Positions 1 to 8,872 are shown, counted from the first letter of the stretch. The stretch is 64,000 nucleotides of DNA from Lentimicrobiaceae bacterium (GCA_018001695.1 JAGNHN010000006.1:12358-76357); one strand, 5' to 3'. Notes: generated by a model from the sequence alone, not told the origin. A program made the numbers and translations.

Positions 1-1652
1 AATAGACTTCTTGCCCCTGCGGCCGGCTCAAGTCCATCCTTGTATTCCTGTATAAAGCCATCCATCAGCGCAGCAATGTCATCCTGATTGATTTCTTCCG
101 GTACACCATCAACGATGAAGTCATCTCCGCTCAGCTCCCTGATTTCAAATCCCAATACTGTTAAATCCGGAATCAATTCCCGGAGAATGGAAGCATCTGC
201 AGGCGGCAAGCTGATCGTTTGCGGGAAAAGCTGCTGTTGTGAATAACCATGGTGACTGGCATATCTTTCTGCCAGCAGTTCATAGTAAATTCTTTCCCAG
301 GCCCTTTTCTGATGGATGATGAGAACCCCTGATTTCATTCCTGTGATGATATAACGATCCTGAATGGGAAGTATCGCCTGGCGATCCTCCTGATGGGTAG
401 AGGGTGAACTTTCTGCTTCTTCATGGTCATCTGCAGGTGTTTTGGATTCGCTACCTAACAGGGCGTCATGACGGTCAGCCGTGCTGAAAAGGCGCATCCA
501 TTCCTGGCGGTTTCTTCTATCCCGTTCCGACTTTAAATCCGTGTTTTCAAAAGGATTATAATCAGGATTGATCTTGATTTGTGGAATAACGGGCGTTCGC
601 TGGGCCATCCCTGGGGGCAATTCGAAGCTGCGTTCCCTGTCAAATTCAAGGCTTGGCATCAGGTTATGCTGACCCAGGGCCTGTCTGATAGCCGAACGTA
701 ACATGGCGTAAATCATCTTCTCGTCCTCAAACTTTACCTCCGTCTTTGTAGGATGAATATTGACATCAAGGCTGGCGGGATGTACATCCAGCATTAGGAA
801 GTAGGCCGGAAACGTGTTCTCTGCAATCAGGTCCTGGTAAGCGCTGACCACGCTGTGATGAAGGTAGGGATGACGGATGAACCGCTTATTTGCGAAGAAA
901 TACTGCTCTCCTCTCGTCTTTCTGCTGAATTCAGGCTTGGCGATGTATCCGTCCACCTTCAGGTAGTCTGTTTCGAGATGAACGGGTATGAGTCTTTCTT
1001 TATACGCCTGGCCAAACAGTGCAATGATCCGTTGTTTCAGGGGCGACGGGGCCAGCTTGTATATGTTCTTTCCATTGTGGAACAGGCTGAGCTGGATGTT
1101 GGTACGTATCAGTGCAATGTGTATGAATTCTTCAACGATATGCCTGAGCTCAGCGGTATTGGATTTAAGAAATTTCCGCCTGGCAGGCAGATTGTAAAAG
1201 ATATTTTTCACTGAGATCGTGGTACCGGCAGCACAAGCTACTGCGCTTTTATTCATTATTTTACCACCATCTATCTCAACCATTACTCCAAGATCATCTT
1301 CTGCTCGCCGGGTCTTCAATTCCAGTTGAGATATGGCGGCGATCGAGGCCAGGGCTTCTCCTCTGAATCCCATGGTACGAATAGCAAAAAGATCCTCAGC
1401 AGCAAGGATCTTGGATGTGGCATGGCGCTGAAAACAGCGGACCGCATCGTTTTCTGTCATTCCACAGCCATTGTCTGTCACCTGAACAAGAGTTCTGCCT
1501 GCATCCTTCACGATCAGATCAATGGTGGTAGCTCCGGCATCAACAGCGTTCTCCATGAGTTCCTTAACGACCGAAGCAGGCCGCTGAACAACCTCACCGG
1601 CCGCAATTTGGTTGGCTACATGATCCGGTAATACATGAATTAAATCTGGCAT
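1..1652 (-). CDS. mutL: DNA mismatch repair protein MutL (partial, runs off left edge)
   Basis: Not in the ORF track because there is no stop in the window. Manual minus-strand translation from ATG at 1652 gives MPDLIHVLPDHVANQIAAGEVVQRPASVVKELMENAVDAG, then RHATSKI and GFRGEALASI (GHKL ATPase motifs). Confidence 0.97.
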   Translation of the reverse strand, partial: MPDLIHVLPDHVANQIAAGEVVQRPASVVKELMENAVDAGATTIDLIVKDAGRTLVQVTDNGCGMTENDAVRCFQRHATSKILAAEDLFAIRTMGFRGEALASIAAISQLELKTRRAEDDLGVMVEIDGGKIMNKSAVACAAGTTISVKNIFYNLPARRKFLKSNTAELRHIVEEFIHIALIRTNIQLSLFHNGKNIYKLAPSPLKQRIIALFGQAYKERLIPVHLETDYLKVDGYIAKPEFSRKTRGEQYFFANKRFIRHPYLHHSVVSAYQDLIAENTFPAYFLMLDVHPASLDVNIHPTKTEVKFEDEKMIYAMLRSAIRQALGQHNLMPSLEFDRERSFELPPGMAQRTPVIPQIKINPDYNPFENTDLKSERDRRNRQEWMRLFSTADRHDALLGSESKTPADDHEEAESSPSTHQEDRQAILPIQDRYIITGMKSGVLIIHQKRAWERIYYELLAERYASHHGYSQQQLFPQTISLPPADASILRELIPDLTVLGFEIRELSGDDFIVDGVPEEINQDDIAALMDGFIQEYKDGLEPAAGARSL

Positions 1653-1656
1653 GTGG

Positions 1657-1956
1657 CTATCTGGCAAAAATAAACCACGCAAGGAGGGCAGCGATAACCA
1701 GATAAACAAGCATCATCATACTCGATGTCTTCTTGCGGGTGTCCTTATCGATTTTTCTTCTCCATCTGCGGGACAGCTGCTCACGTAAGGCATCCGTACC
1801 TTGTGGTGCATCTGTTCCGGCATATTTCTTTTGAATCCTTTCCAGCTCTTCCTTTCTCTCATCCCAATACCGGGGTCTGTAGATGAATTGCTTGGGTTTT
1901 GGCCGGCTGAAAAAAACAATGCGCATAATTCTGGCTTGTGCTACAAAAATACCCAT
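1657..1956 (-). CDS. Small membrane protein (Bacteroidota hypothetical typically found upstream of mutL)
   Basis: 99-aa ORF with FFSRPKPKQFIYRPRYWD N-terminus, basic middle and one C-terminal hydrophobic helix. The true start may be the internal Met (MRIVFF). Confidence 0.75.
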   Translation of the reverse strand: MGIFVAQARIMRIVFFSRPKPKQFIYRPRYWDERKEELERIQKKYAGTDAPQGTDALREQLSRRWRRKIDKDTRKKTSSMMMLVYLVIAALLAWFIFAR

Positions 1957-2033
1957 AATTCCGTGCCGATTCAGGATTAATCTTTACAGTGACTGCCCGG
2001 TTTATGCCTGTATGTTTATCCTGTGAAACAAGA

Positions 2034-2061
2034 CAGCCTGCCAGTATTCACGGGCAGGCTG
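2034..2061 (-). terminator. Putative intrinsic terminator hairpin downstream of the DUF6580-like gene
   Basis: CAGCCTGCC (2034-2042) pairs with GGCAGGCTG (2053-2061), followed by TCTTGTTT on the minus strand. Confidence 0.55.
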
Positions 2062-2083
2062 GCATCGTATTATTATGTTGGAT

Positions 2084-2614
2084 TTATGGATTCACCAACC
2101 TGGCAAAAGGAACGTAGGTTCTGATAAGGTAATATCCACCAAAGAGCAGTGTGCTGTAAAAGAGGTCTCCGGCAATCCCGTTCAGGTAGAATGGTAAGCC
2201 GGCAACGTAGCTGCTTATCAGTCCACCCAAATGCTGGGGATACATTGGATTAGCGTACCAGGCGGCAAGATTGGTAAGCAAATAAAACAATGTACTGGCC
2301 GCCAGGGAGCCACTGGCAACATTGATTGCACGTGGGTTCTTGCGCAATGCAAAACCGATCAGGACGGTTAGCATAAACGCCAGATATACAATCCCCATAT
2401 TGCTGTGAAAACCTAGCAACAGGTCCGAAATGAACATAGCTGCCAATGGAATCAAAAACGCAAGCCACTTGCGACTGATATAGGCTCCACCAAAAAGTGC
2501 GAGGGCGGCAATAGGGGTGAAATTGGGCCAGTGGGGCAGGAGACGCATGACAGCCGCCGCGATAATCAGGCCAATTACAACGAAAAACCGGGTATGGGTA
2601 AGGGTTTGCTTCAT
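2084..2614 (-). CDS. DUF6580-family putative transport/membrane protein (ECF S-component-like)
   Basis: Multi-TM protein with RLLPHWPNFTPIAALALFGGAY and GLPFYLNGIAGDLFY signatures. Start moved to MKQTL (2614) because a minus-strand -7 box covers 2639-2646. Confidence 0.75.
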   Translation of the reverse strand: MKQTLTHTRFFVVIGLIIAAAVMRLLPHWPNFTPIAALALFGGAYISRKWLAFLIPLAAMFISDLLLGFHSNMGIVYLAFMLTVLIGFALRKNPRAINVASGSLAASTLFYLLTNLAAWYANPMYPQHLGGLISSYVAGLPFYLNGIAGDLFYSTLLFGGYYLIRTYVPFARLVNP

Positions 2615-2638
2615 GATCGTTGAGGTATTATCGAAAAA

Positions 2639-2646
2639 CAAAAATA
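2639..2646 (-). promoter_or_regulatory. Bacteroidota -7 promoter box for DUF6580-like gene
   Basis: CAAAAATA on + equals TATTTTTG (TAnnTTTG) on -. Confidence 0.55.
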
Positions 2647-2700
2647 GATATTATAAGGTTGCCTGATCGTAAGAATTTTTCAACCTGCCGCATTCATGAG

Positions 2701-2708
2701 TATCTTTG
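2701..2708 (+). promoter_or_regulatory. Bacteroidota -7 promoter box for amidohydrolase operon
   Basis: TATCTTTG matches TAnnTTTG, 15 nt before ATG 2724. Confidence 0.55.
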
Positions 2709-2723
2709 AGCAAATTTCAAGCA

Positions 2724-4367
2724 ATGGTCTCTTCTCTTTCCCGTTGGTTGCTAATCATTTTGAATGTCGTAATCATGATGTCATGCCAGTCTGAAAAAAA
2801 AGCAGACATGCTGGTCTTTAACGGTATAATCTATACCGCAGATACAGCTTTTACAATCGCTGATGCGATGGTCATTCATCAGGGCAAGATATTGGATATC
2901 GGTCAGGAAGACGAGCTTCGGCAGCGTTATAAGTTCACAGAAGAGCGGGATGTTGCAGGTGCTGCGGTGTTCCCTGGTTTCATCGATGCACATTGCCATT
3001 TCCTGGGTTATGGCATTCTGTCAGAAACCAAGGCTGATCTCGTTGGTTGCCAGTCTCCTGCCGAGCTGGTTTCACGACTTAAGGCATTTGCAGAGGGAAA
3101 AGATCTGCCTTATCTGGAAGGCCGTGGCTGGGATCAGAACCTATGGGATACCGGGGCTTTTCCGGATAAATCACTTCTTGATAGTGTTTTTCCTGATATT
3201 CCTGTATTGTTGACACGTATTGATGGTCATGCCATGCTGGTCAATTCCAGGGCATTGAACCTGGCAGGAATAACAAAAGGCACACAGGTTGCCGGAGGTG
3301 AGATCCTTCTGACCAATGGTGAACCAAATGGCATTTTGATCGACAATGCCATGCGCCTGACAGATGACCTGATACCCCAACCTGACGATGCATTGCTGCA
3401 GCGTGCATGGCTTCGTTCTCAGAAAGATTGCTTCGCACAAGGTCTTACCATGGTCGCCGATGCCGGTCTGACAGTCGGTCGCATCAGGAAGCTGCAACAG
3501 ATGCAGGCTAAGGGCGACCTGGCCATGAGAATATATGCTATGATTGAGCCCGATGAAGAAAGCGAGTCCTTCATCCGCGATAATGGTGTGATCCAGACGG
3601 AGAGCTTGATAGTCAGGTCTATAAAACTCTATGCAGATGGTGCCCTGGGTTCCAGAGGGGCGCTGTTGCTGCAGCCCTATGAGGATGCACCAGCAACCCG
3701 AGGGATTTCGATGCTTGGTCAGGATTCGCTGGCAGGCTATTGCCGATTCGCCATCGATCACGACTACCAATTATGTATTCATGCTATCGGCGATAGCGCC
3801 GTCCGTCAGGTTCTCCAGGCCTACAGCGTGGTTCTGAGCCCTGGTAATGATCTTCGCTGGCGTGTGGAGCATGCGCAAGTGGTTCATCCTGAAGATATTT
3901 CGTTGTTTGGCATGTATGCCATCGTGCCCTCGGTGCAAGCTACCCATGCCACATCAGACATGGCCTGGGCCGCGGAACGCCTTGGGAACCGTGTAGTCAA
4001 TGCTTATGCCTATAAAGACCTCCTGAAACAGAACAGCTGGATTCCTAATGGCACGGATTTCCCAATAGAACAAATCAATCCTTTACATACCTTTCTATCA
4101 GCTGTTTACCGCGTTAACACCCACGGAGATCCCGAAGGAGGGTTCCAGATTAATAACGCACTAACTCCTCAGGAAGCACTTTTGTCCATTACGCGTTGGG
4201 CGGCAAAAGCCTGCTTCGCAGATGAATTCACGGGAAGCCTGGAAAGAGGAAAAGTGGCCGATTTTGTAATCCTGGATAAAGATATGATGAAGATACCTTC
4301 AGAAGAACTAGTCACAACACAGGTTTTATCCACTTATCTTGCTGGTAAAGAGGTGTTCAGAAGATGA
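2724..4367 (+). CDS. Amidohydrolase family 3 (YtcJ-like) metal-dependent hydrolase, probable lipoprotein
   Basis: DAHCH, KLYADGALGSRGA, IHAIGD, EHAQ and GTDFP motifs. Lipobox-like IMMSC. The track's TTG start at 2706 lies inside the promoter box, so ATG 2724 is preferred. Confidence 0.92.
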   Translation: MVSSLSRWLLIILNVVIMMSCQSEKKADMLVFNGIIYTADTAFTIADAMVIHQGKILDIGQEDELRQRYKFTEERDVAGAAVFPGFIDAHCHFLGYGILSETKADLVGCQSPAELVSRLKAFAEGKDLPYLEGRGWDQNLWDTGAFPDKSLLDSVFPDIPVLLTRIDGHAMLVNSRALNLAGITKGTQVAGGEILLTNGEPNGILIDNAMRLTDDLIPQPDDALLQRAWLRSQKDCFAQGLTMVADAGLTVGRIRKLQQMQAKGDLAMRIYAMIEPDEESESFIRDNGVIQTESLIVRSIKLYADGALGSRGALLLQPYEDAPATRGISMLGQDSLAGYCRFAIDHDYQLCIHAIGDSAVRQVLQAYSVVLSPGNDLRWRVEHAQVVHPEDISLFGMYAIVPSVQATHATSDMAWAAERLGNRVVNAYAYKDLLKQNSWIPNGTDFPIEQINPLHTFLSAVYRVNTHGDPEGGFQINNALTPQEALLSITRWAAKACFADEFTGSLERGKVADFVILDKDMMKIPSEELVTTQVLSTYLAGKEVFRR

Positions 4368-5308
4368 GTTCGATTCGCAAGCGATTGGTTGCCATCCGCG
4401 ACATCATCGCAACAGCCAATTTCAGTGAGCTCCTCTCCGAAGTGAACGGACTCCTTGAGGAAAGCCGGCATGATAGCCGCTTTCTTCCCCTAAAAGAAGC
4501 GGCAGAAATGAGAGAGTACAACCTGGCTGCGCAGCTTACAGATGGCTTGCTCTCAGCCTTCCAGCCTCCCGTTCTGAACAAAGATGTCCTGATTACAGGG
4601 TTGAAAACCAGCCTTAACCTCCTCGAAACCAAGTTGTCAGTCCTGAACCACCATAAACTGGAACTGCATCGTCATATCAATGAGTTCAGATTTTTGCACA
4701 ACAAATATCTGGGTAGTCTTATGGCAGAGATCTTTGAGCTTCGTAGAGATATTCTCTTTATTGAATACCAGGAAAATGCTTCGAATAAGGAAGCATTTGA
4801 TGAAGCGGAAAAAGACCTGGGGCAGTTTAATGAGGAACGAAGCCGCGTGAGCGAAGCCAGTATCCAGGTGCTCAGCAGGAGAGACCGTGCTGAGCTTACA
4901 TCGCTTTACCGTCAGGCGAGTAAGCGCTGTCATCCTGACCTGATTGCAGAAGAACTTCGTGAAGAAGCTACCTTGTTGTTTATCAGGCTAAACGAAGCCT
5001 ATTTGCAGAGTGACCTTGAAGGCCTCAGAGCTGTAATACGCATGTTGGATGAGGGCACAATAAGGCTGGCCAATCGCATGGAAACCTTGCATGAAGAAGA
5101 TAAATTACTGGCCAGGATCACACACCTCCAAACCGAGATCAGTCATTTAGAAAAGGAGATAGCAGGCATAAAGGAATCACGTGTATATCAGACTAGTTTG
5201 CATGAATCAGATCTTCATGCCTATTTCACCAGGCTGGAGGAAGCGTTTATTCGTGAAAGAGAAGTGTTAAGAACGACATATGAATCTAGAAAAGGGGCTG
5301 ATAGTTAG
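4364..5308 (+). CDS. Coiled-coil protein with internal DnaJ (J) domain
   Basis: LYRQASKRCHPD...FIRLNEAY J-domain core (HPD at 4931-4939) flanked by heptad-rich helices. ATGA overlap with the upstream gene. Confidence 0.85.
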   Translation: MSSIRKRLVAIRDIIATANFSELLSEVNGLLEESRHDSRFLPLKEAAEMREYNLAAQLTDGLLSAFQPPVLNKDVLITGLKTSLNLLETKLSVLNHHKLELHRHINEFRFLHNKYLGSLMAEIFELRRDILFIEYQENASNKEAFDEAEKDLGQFNEERSRVSEASIQVLSRRDRAELTSLYRQASKRCHPDLIAEELREEATLLFIRLNEAYLQSDLEGLRAVIRMLDEGTIRLANRMETLHEEDKLLARITHLQTEISHLEKEIAGIKESRVYQTSLHESDLHAYFTRLEEAFIREREVLRTTYESRKGADS

Positions 5309-6431
5309 GGATATAGCCCTGGAATTGGCTGGCGCGAACCAATTGCTTGTCCTTACGAATAAGTTGGTGAAGCTGAGCGATAACGGCATCTACCATGAGC
5401 AGCCGGTCTTTCGTCAGAACCCACTCAGAACAGGGATGATCAAAACGGCTGTTCCGTTGAACAGGGCACCTATGCTTGCCTGGCGCTTTCATCAGGTAAT
5501 GTCCGTACATTCATCACCTGTCTGCCTGGATGGGGTACTCTACTTCGGAGATGACAGTCGCTGCATACATGCGCTGGATGCCAGCTCAGGGCGGGAGATA
5601 TGGAAGTTCCAGACGAAGGGAAAGGTGCGTTCCACACCAGCTTTGTACAGGGGGGTGTTGTATACTGGGAGTTTTGACAAATCACTTTATGCTTTGAGGG
5701 CCTCCAGCGGGGTCCAGAAGTGGCGTTTTGATGCCGGCGATTGGATTTTCAGCTCTCCGGTTGTGCAGGATAACAGCGTGGTATTCGGATGCCTGGATGG
5801 CTATGTTTATTGCCTTGAAAATGCATCGGGGAAGCCAAGATGGAAATACAAGACCGAAGGATGGGTCATAGCCAGTCCGGCACTTCATGAGGACCACGTT
5901 TACATTGGCAGCAGGGACCGTCAGGTATATAAGCTGAGATTGCGTGATGGTAGCGTGTCCTGGCAATATAATGCAAACAGTAGCATCCATGCATCGGTTG
6001 CCATCATGAAGGACCATTTGTTTATTGCCGGTCTGGATGGCCGGGTTCATTGTATTGGGACAGAAGATGCTGGCATTCAATGGATCACTGAAGCAGGTGC
6101 ACCTGTGTTCTCCAGCCCTGCAGTGAGTCCTGGTTATATCGTATATGGTAGCAGGGACAGAAGAATCCGTTGCCTGGATACCGCCAACGGTCGATTACGC
6201 TGGCAATTTGACACCGATGGAGCAGTACATTCGTCCCCGCTTATCGCTGGCCATACGGTCATTGCCGGTTCAGATGATGGTTATGTCTATGCTATTGACC
6301 TTGAAAGGGGTTCGGAGAACTGGCGCATTAAAACTGAAGAGAAAATCCGGTCTTCGGCCTGCTTAGACCATGACATTATTTATGTCGGGGGTCACTCCAT
6401 GCATGCCTTCCGGCTTCCTGCTACCACTTGA
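5280..6431 (+). CDS. PQQ-like (BamB-type) beta-propeller repeat protein
   Basis: About 8 repeats of SSP-x-V...LY-x-G...LYALD...G...W-x-F. No signal peptide. Overlaps the J-domain gene by 29 nt. Confidence 0.9.
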   Translation: MNLEKGLIVRDIALELAGANQLLVLTNKLVKLSDNGIYHEQPVFRQNPLRTGMIKTAVPLNRAPMLAWRFHQVMSVHSSPVCLDGVLYFGDDSRCIHALDASSGREIWKFQTKGKVRSTPALYRGVLYTGSFDKSLYALRASSGVQKWRFDAGDWIFSSPVVQDNSVVFGCLDGYVYCLENASGKPRWKYKTEGWVIASPALHEDHVYIGSRDRQVYKLRLRDGSVSWQYNANSSIHASVAIMKDHLFIAGLDGRVHCIGTEDAGIQWITEAGAPVFSSPAVSPGYIVYGSRDRRIRCLDTANGRLRWQFDTDGAVHSSPLIAGHTVIAGSDDGYVYAIDLERGSENWRIKTEEKIRSSACLDHDIIYVGGHSMHAFRLPATT

Positions 6432-6443
6432 ACAATCTCCCGG

Positions 6444-6956
6444 GTGCCGTGTTTAACTCGCATGATCAGGAGATTTCTGTTTTCTATGATGCTTGGAGCC
6501 CTGTTGATGGTGAATGCTCAAACCATGCAGGAAGCCGATCCCGTCATTGAGATCGTCGACTTTGACACATTCGAACCCTATCTGCAGATCCAGGATGATA
6601 CCGTCCGTGTACTAAACTTTTGGGCTACCTGGTGTATCCCTTGCGTGAAAGAATTGCCTGTATTTCTCGAGGCGCACGAAATGTTCCAGGAACGGCCAGT
6701 CAAGATCAGTCTCATCAACCTTGATTTCCCCAATCATATGGAAACCAGGGTTATTCCGTTCATCAAGGCAAGGAACATTAAGCCGGAAGTTGTTATGTTG
6801 GATGATCCGGATGGCAACCGCTGGATTCCCAAGGTTGATCAAAACTGGTCCGGTGCCATTCCTGCAACTTTAGTATACAGCAACAAAGGGCGGTTGTTCC
6901 GCGAGGGCATGATTGATGAGAAGGTATTACATGATATGATCCGCAAACTATTGTAA
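6444..6956 (+). CDS. TlpA/ResA-like thioredoxin-fold disulfide reductase
   Basis: LNFWATWCIPCVKELP motif, cis-Pro GAIPAT, N-terminal signal peptide. The start may be a later Met. Confidence 0.9.
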   Translation: MPCLTRMIRRFLFSMMLGALLMVNAQTMQEADPVIEIVDFDTFEPYLQIQDDTVRVLNFWATWCIPCVKELPVFLEAHEMFQERPVKISLINLDFPNHMETRVIPFIKARNIKPEVVMLDDPDGNRWIPKVDQNWSGAIPATLVYSNKGRLFREGMIDEKVLHDMIRKLL

Positions 6957-6975
6957 AACTAATAAACCCAACAAC

Positions 6976-7626
6976 ATGATTAAGAACATCTTAAGTTTAT
7001 CTGCTTTCATAATCCTTTTCAGCATGATCCAGGCCCAGCCAGGATATAAGGTAGGGGACAAAGCCAAGGATTTTCGTCTGCTAAATGTAGATGGAAAGTA
7101 CTATAGCCTGAAGGATTTGCCTGAACATAAAGGCGTTATCCTCATTTTCACCTGTAATCATTGCCCTTACAGTATTGCTTACGAAGACCGTATCATTGAC
7201 CTGCATAAGAAGTATGCACCGAAAGGTTATCCCGTGGTGGCTATCAACCCGAATGACTCCCTCGTTCAACCTCAGGACTCATATAGTGCGATGAAGGTCA
7301 GGGCCGCTGAAAAAGGTTTTCCATTTCTTTATCTTTTGGATGATAGGCAAAAGGTCTATCCTGCCTATGGTGCAACCCGTACACCGCACGTGTATTTGCT
7401 GAGCAAGGATAAGAAAAACGCATACAAGGTTGCCTACATTGGTGCCATTGACGACAATTACAAGGATGCTGGCGCTGTGCAGGTCAGATATCTGGAGAAT
7501 GCGTTAGAAGCAGTGATGCAGGGCAGGGCAGTGGATCCTTCCACGACACGAGCTATTGGGTGTACCATCAAAACCCAGACAGCTGGTAAAGCAAAAGGTA
7601 AAGAAAATAAGAAATCCAAGGGGTAA
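6976..7626 (+). CDS. Thioredoxin/AhpC-TSA family redoxin, exported
   Basis: FTCNHCPY, AINPND, YGATRTP, YIGAIDD and AIGCTIK motifs; signal peptide. Confidence 0.9.
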   Translation: MIKNILSLSAFIILFSMIQAQPGYKVGDKAKDFRLLNVDGKYYSLKDLPEHKGVILIFTCNHCPYSIAYEDRIIDLHKKYAPKGYPVVAINPNDSLVQPQDSYSAMKVRAAEKGFPFLYLLDDRQKVYPAYGATRTPHVYLLSKDKKNAYKVAYIGAIDDNYKDAGAVQVRYLENALEAVMQGRAVDPSTTRAIGCTIKTQTAGKAKGKENKKSKG

Positions 7627-7635
7627 TTCATTGCT

Positions 7636-8223
7636 TTAAACCAGAAACCATAGATTGCTGATCTCAAGCATTATCCAAGCAAAGATGGTAAATCTGAGGA
7701 ACCGAAAAGCTGCGAATATCATAAATTGACCTTTAGGGTAGCCTATGGCACCCATGAGCATGCAAACGGCTGAATACGGTATTGGCGTCAGAGCAGCCAC
7801 GATCAGAAGGAAGAACCCATAACGTTTTAGGTTATGGGTTTGCTTTTTCAGCACTTTTGCATGTAACCAATGGTAGAAGCGGGTATGACTCAGCGCTCTT
7901 CCGATAAAAAAACCGCTTACGCCGGCGCCATAAGACAGTGCACCCAGGATGCCCATCATCACAGGGTATGAAATATTTCCCGAAGATCCTGCTGCCCACA
8001 ACATGAATATTTCTGGTGGGATGATGCCAAAGACCACTTCAGAAAGCACAAACACAAGCAAGACGAGGCCGGTTCTATCTGCAAGCCGGTCTATCAGGAT
8101 CTGGTAATCGATATTTAGGCTGATCTGAATGACAGCCATCAGTCCGATAATACCGGCAAACCAAACAAATCCCTTAAGGATATTCAGCAGGAGAAAACGA
8201 CGTTTTTCTATTTCTGGCACCAT
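7636..8223 (-). CDS. DedA/VTT (SNARE-associated) family membrane protein
   Basis: Hydrophobic protein with FGIIPPEIFM, GFFIGR, ALTPIPYS and RFLRF motifs. Start placed at MVPEIEKRR. Confidence 0.8.
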   Translation of the reverse strand: MVPEIEKRRFLLLNILKGFVWFAGIIGLMAVIQISLNIDYQILIDRLADRTGLVLLVFVLSEVVFGIIPPEIFMLWAAGSSGNISYPVMMGILGALSYGAGVSGFFIGRALSHTRFYHWLHAKVLKKQTHNLKRYGFFLLIVAALTPIPYSAVCMLMGAIGYPKGQFMIFAAFRFLRFTIFAWIMLEISNLWFLV

Positions 8224-8388
8224 ATTGGAGTAATGCGGTATAAAGGTACACAATCCCGGTATGCGATAATTTAGCCGGAATGTTCTAGTTATATTTATTT
8301 ATATTACAGAAAATGAACGCGTTGAATGTTATTAACAATTGTTGATAACCCATGTTTGTATGATGTGCAGATCTGAACCCAGAAAAAC

Positions 8389-8420
8389 TTGCATTCGGGG
8401 TGTCGTTCGTATTAACTTTG
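8389..8420 (+). promoter_or_regulatory. Bacteroidota housekeeping-sigma promoter (-33 TTG / -7 TAACTTTG) driving the intergenic RNA candidate
   Basis: TTG at 8389-8391, 21-nt spacer, TAACTTTG at 8413-8420. No credible ORF follows. Confidence 0.7.
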
Positions 8421-8423
8421 GTA

Positions 8424-8800
8424 GACCAAGTGAGCGAAAAAGGGTAAGTCGGGGTGCATGGAAGCTTGGGTTCTTTGGAACGCAGGACGAATGCACGGCG
8501 GGTCGGAAAGCCGAAAGGCCGGAAAACCCAACGACAAAGGGTCGTTAAAGCGTTGCCAGGCGCAACACGAGGCCCAGGTTCTTTGAAAGTGTGGCAGAAG
8601 GAGTTTCACCTGTTCTACGGAACAAGCCGTCCGGGCAAGCAATACTCTACGGAGCGCTGAACGGCATAGGCTGGTGGAGCAAAACCATGGCACAAACTAC
8701 ATCGAACAAAGCCACTTAACAGTAACTTGGCACCAACCCTGCGCTACGGCCAGGGCGAGTGAATGGGGAACTTTTCCGCAAGAAAGGTTCCCCATTGTGT
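8424..8800 (+). ncRNA. Putative large structured non-coding RNA, family unassigned
   Basis: Own promoter; 5' CCAAGT pairs with 3' ACTTGG; at least 9 local helices; three c(UACG)g loops plus GAAA and GCAA loops, all oriented for the + strand; terminal hairpin. Ends are estimated. Confidence 0.65.
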
Positions 8801-8803
8801 TTT
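8762..8803 (+). terminator. Strong hairpin ending the putative ncRNA (terminator-like)
   Basis: AATGGGGAAC (8762-8771) pairs with GTTCCCCATT (8787-8796), GCAA loop, followed by GTGTTTT. Confidence 0.65.
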
Positions 8804-8872
8804 AGGATCCACTTTCCTCTTCAGATATTCTTCAGGTAATCTTGAAATAGCTGCCCGACATGCGGTTTTAAG

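Noticed and set aside
855-1631. Track ORFs 855..1214, 988..1197 and 1326..1631 (+)
   Set aside because: Antisense shadows of mutL.
8672-8680. TGGTGGAGC as the reverse complement of a tRNA/tmRNA 3' end (possible att site)
   Set aside because: No T-loop (GTTCGA) or acceptor stem adjacent on the minus strand and no integrase nearby; a 9-nt match is expected by chance.
8339-8693. Short ORFs 8339..8548(+), 8454..8660(+) and 8412..8693(-)
   Set aside because: No recognisable motifs, they overlap each other and the promoter, and the region is better explained by RNA helices with strand-specific tetraloops.
8424-8800. Identity as RNase P RNA, tmRNA, SRP, 6S or a group I/II intron
   Set aside because: GTCCGGGCAA (8629-8638) resembles part of RNase P but lacks the preceding GAGGAAA and the 3' ACAGAA..CGGCUUA. 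There is no tmRNA tRNA-like domain or YALAA-type tag frame. It is too long for SRP or 6S, and no intron domain V or P7 signature is seen.
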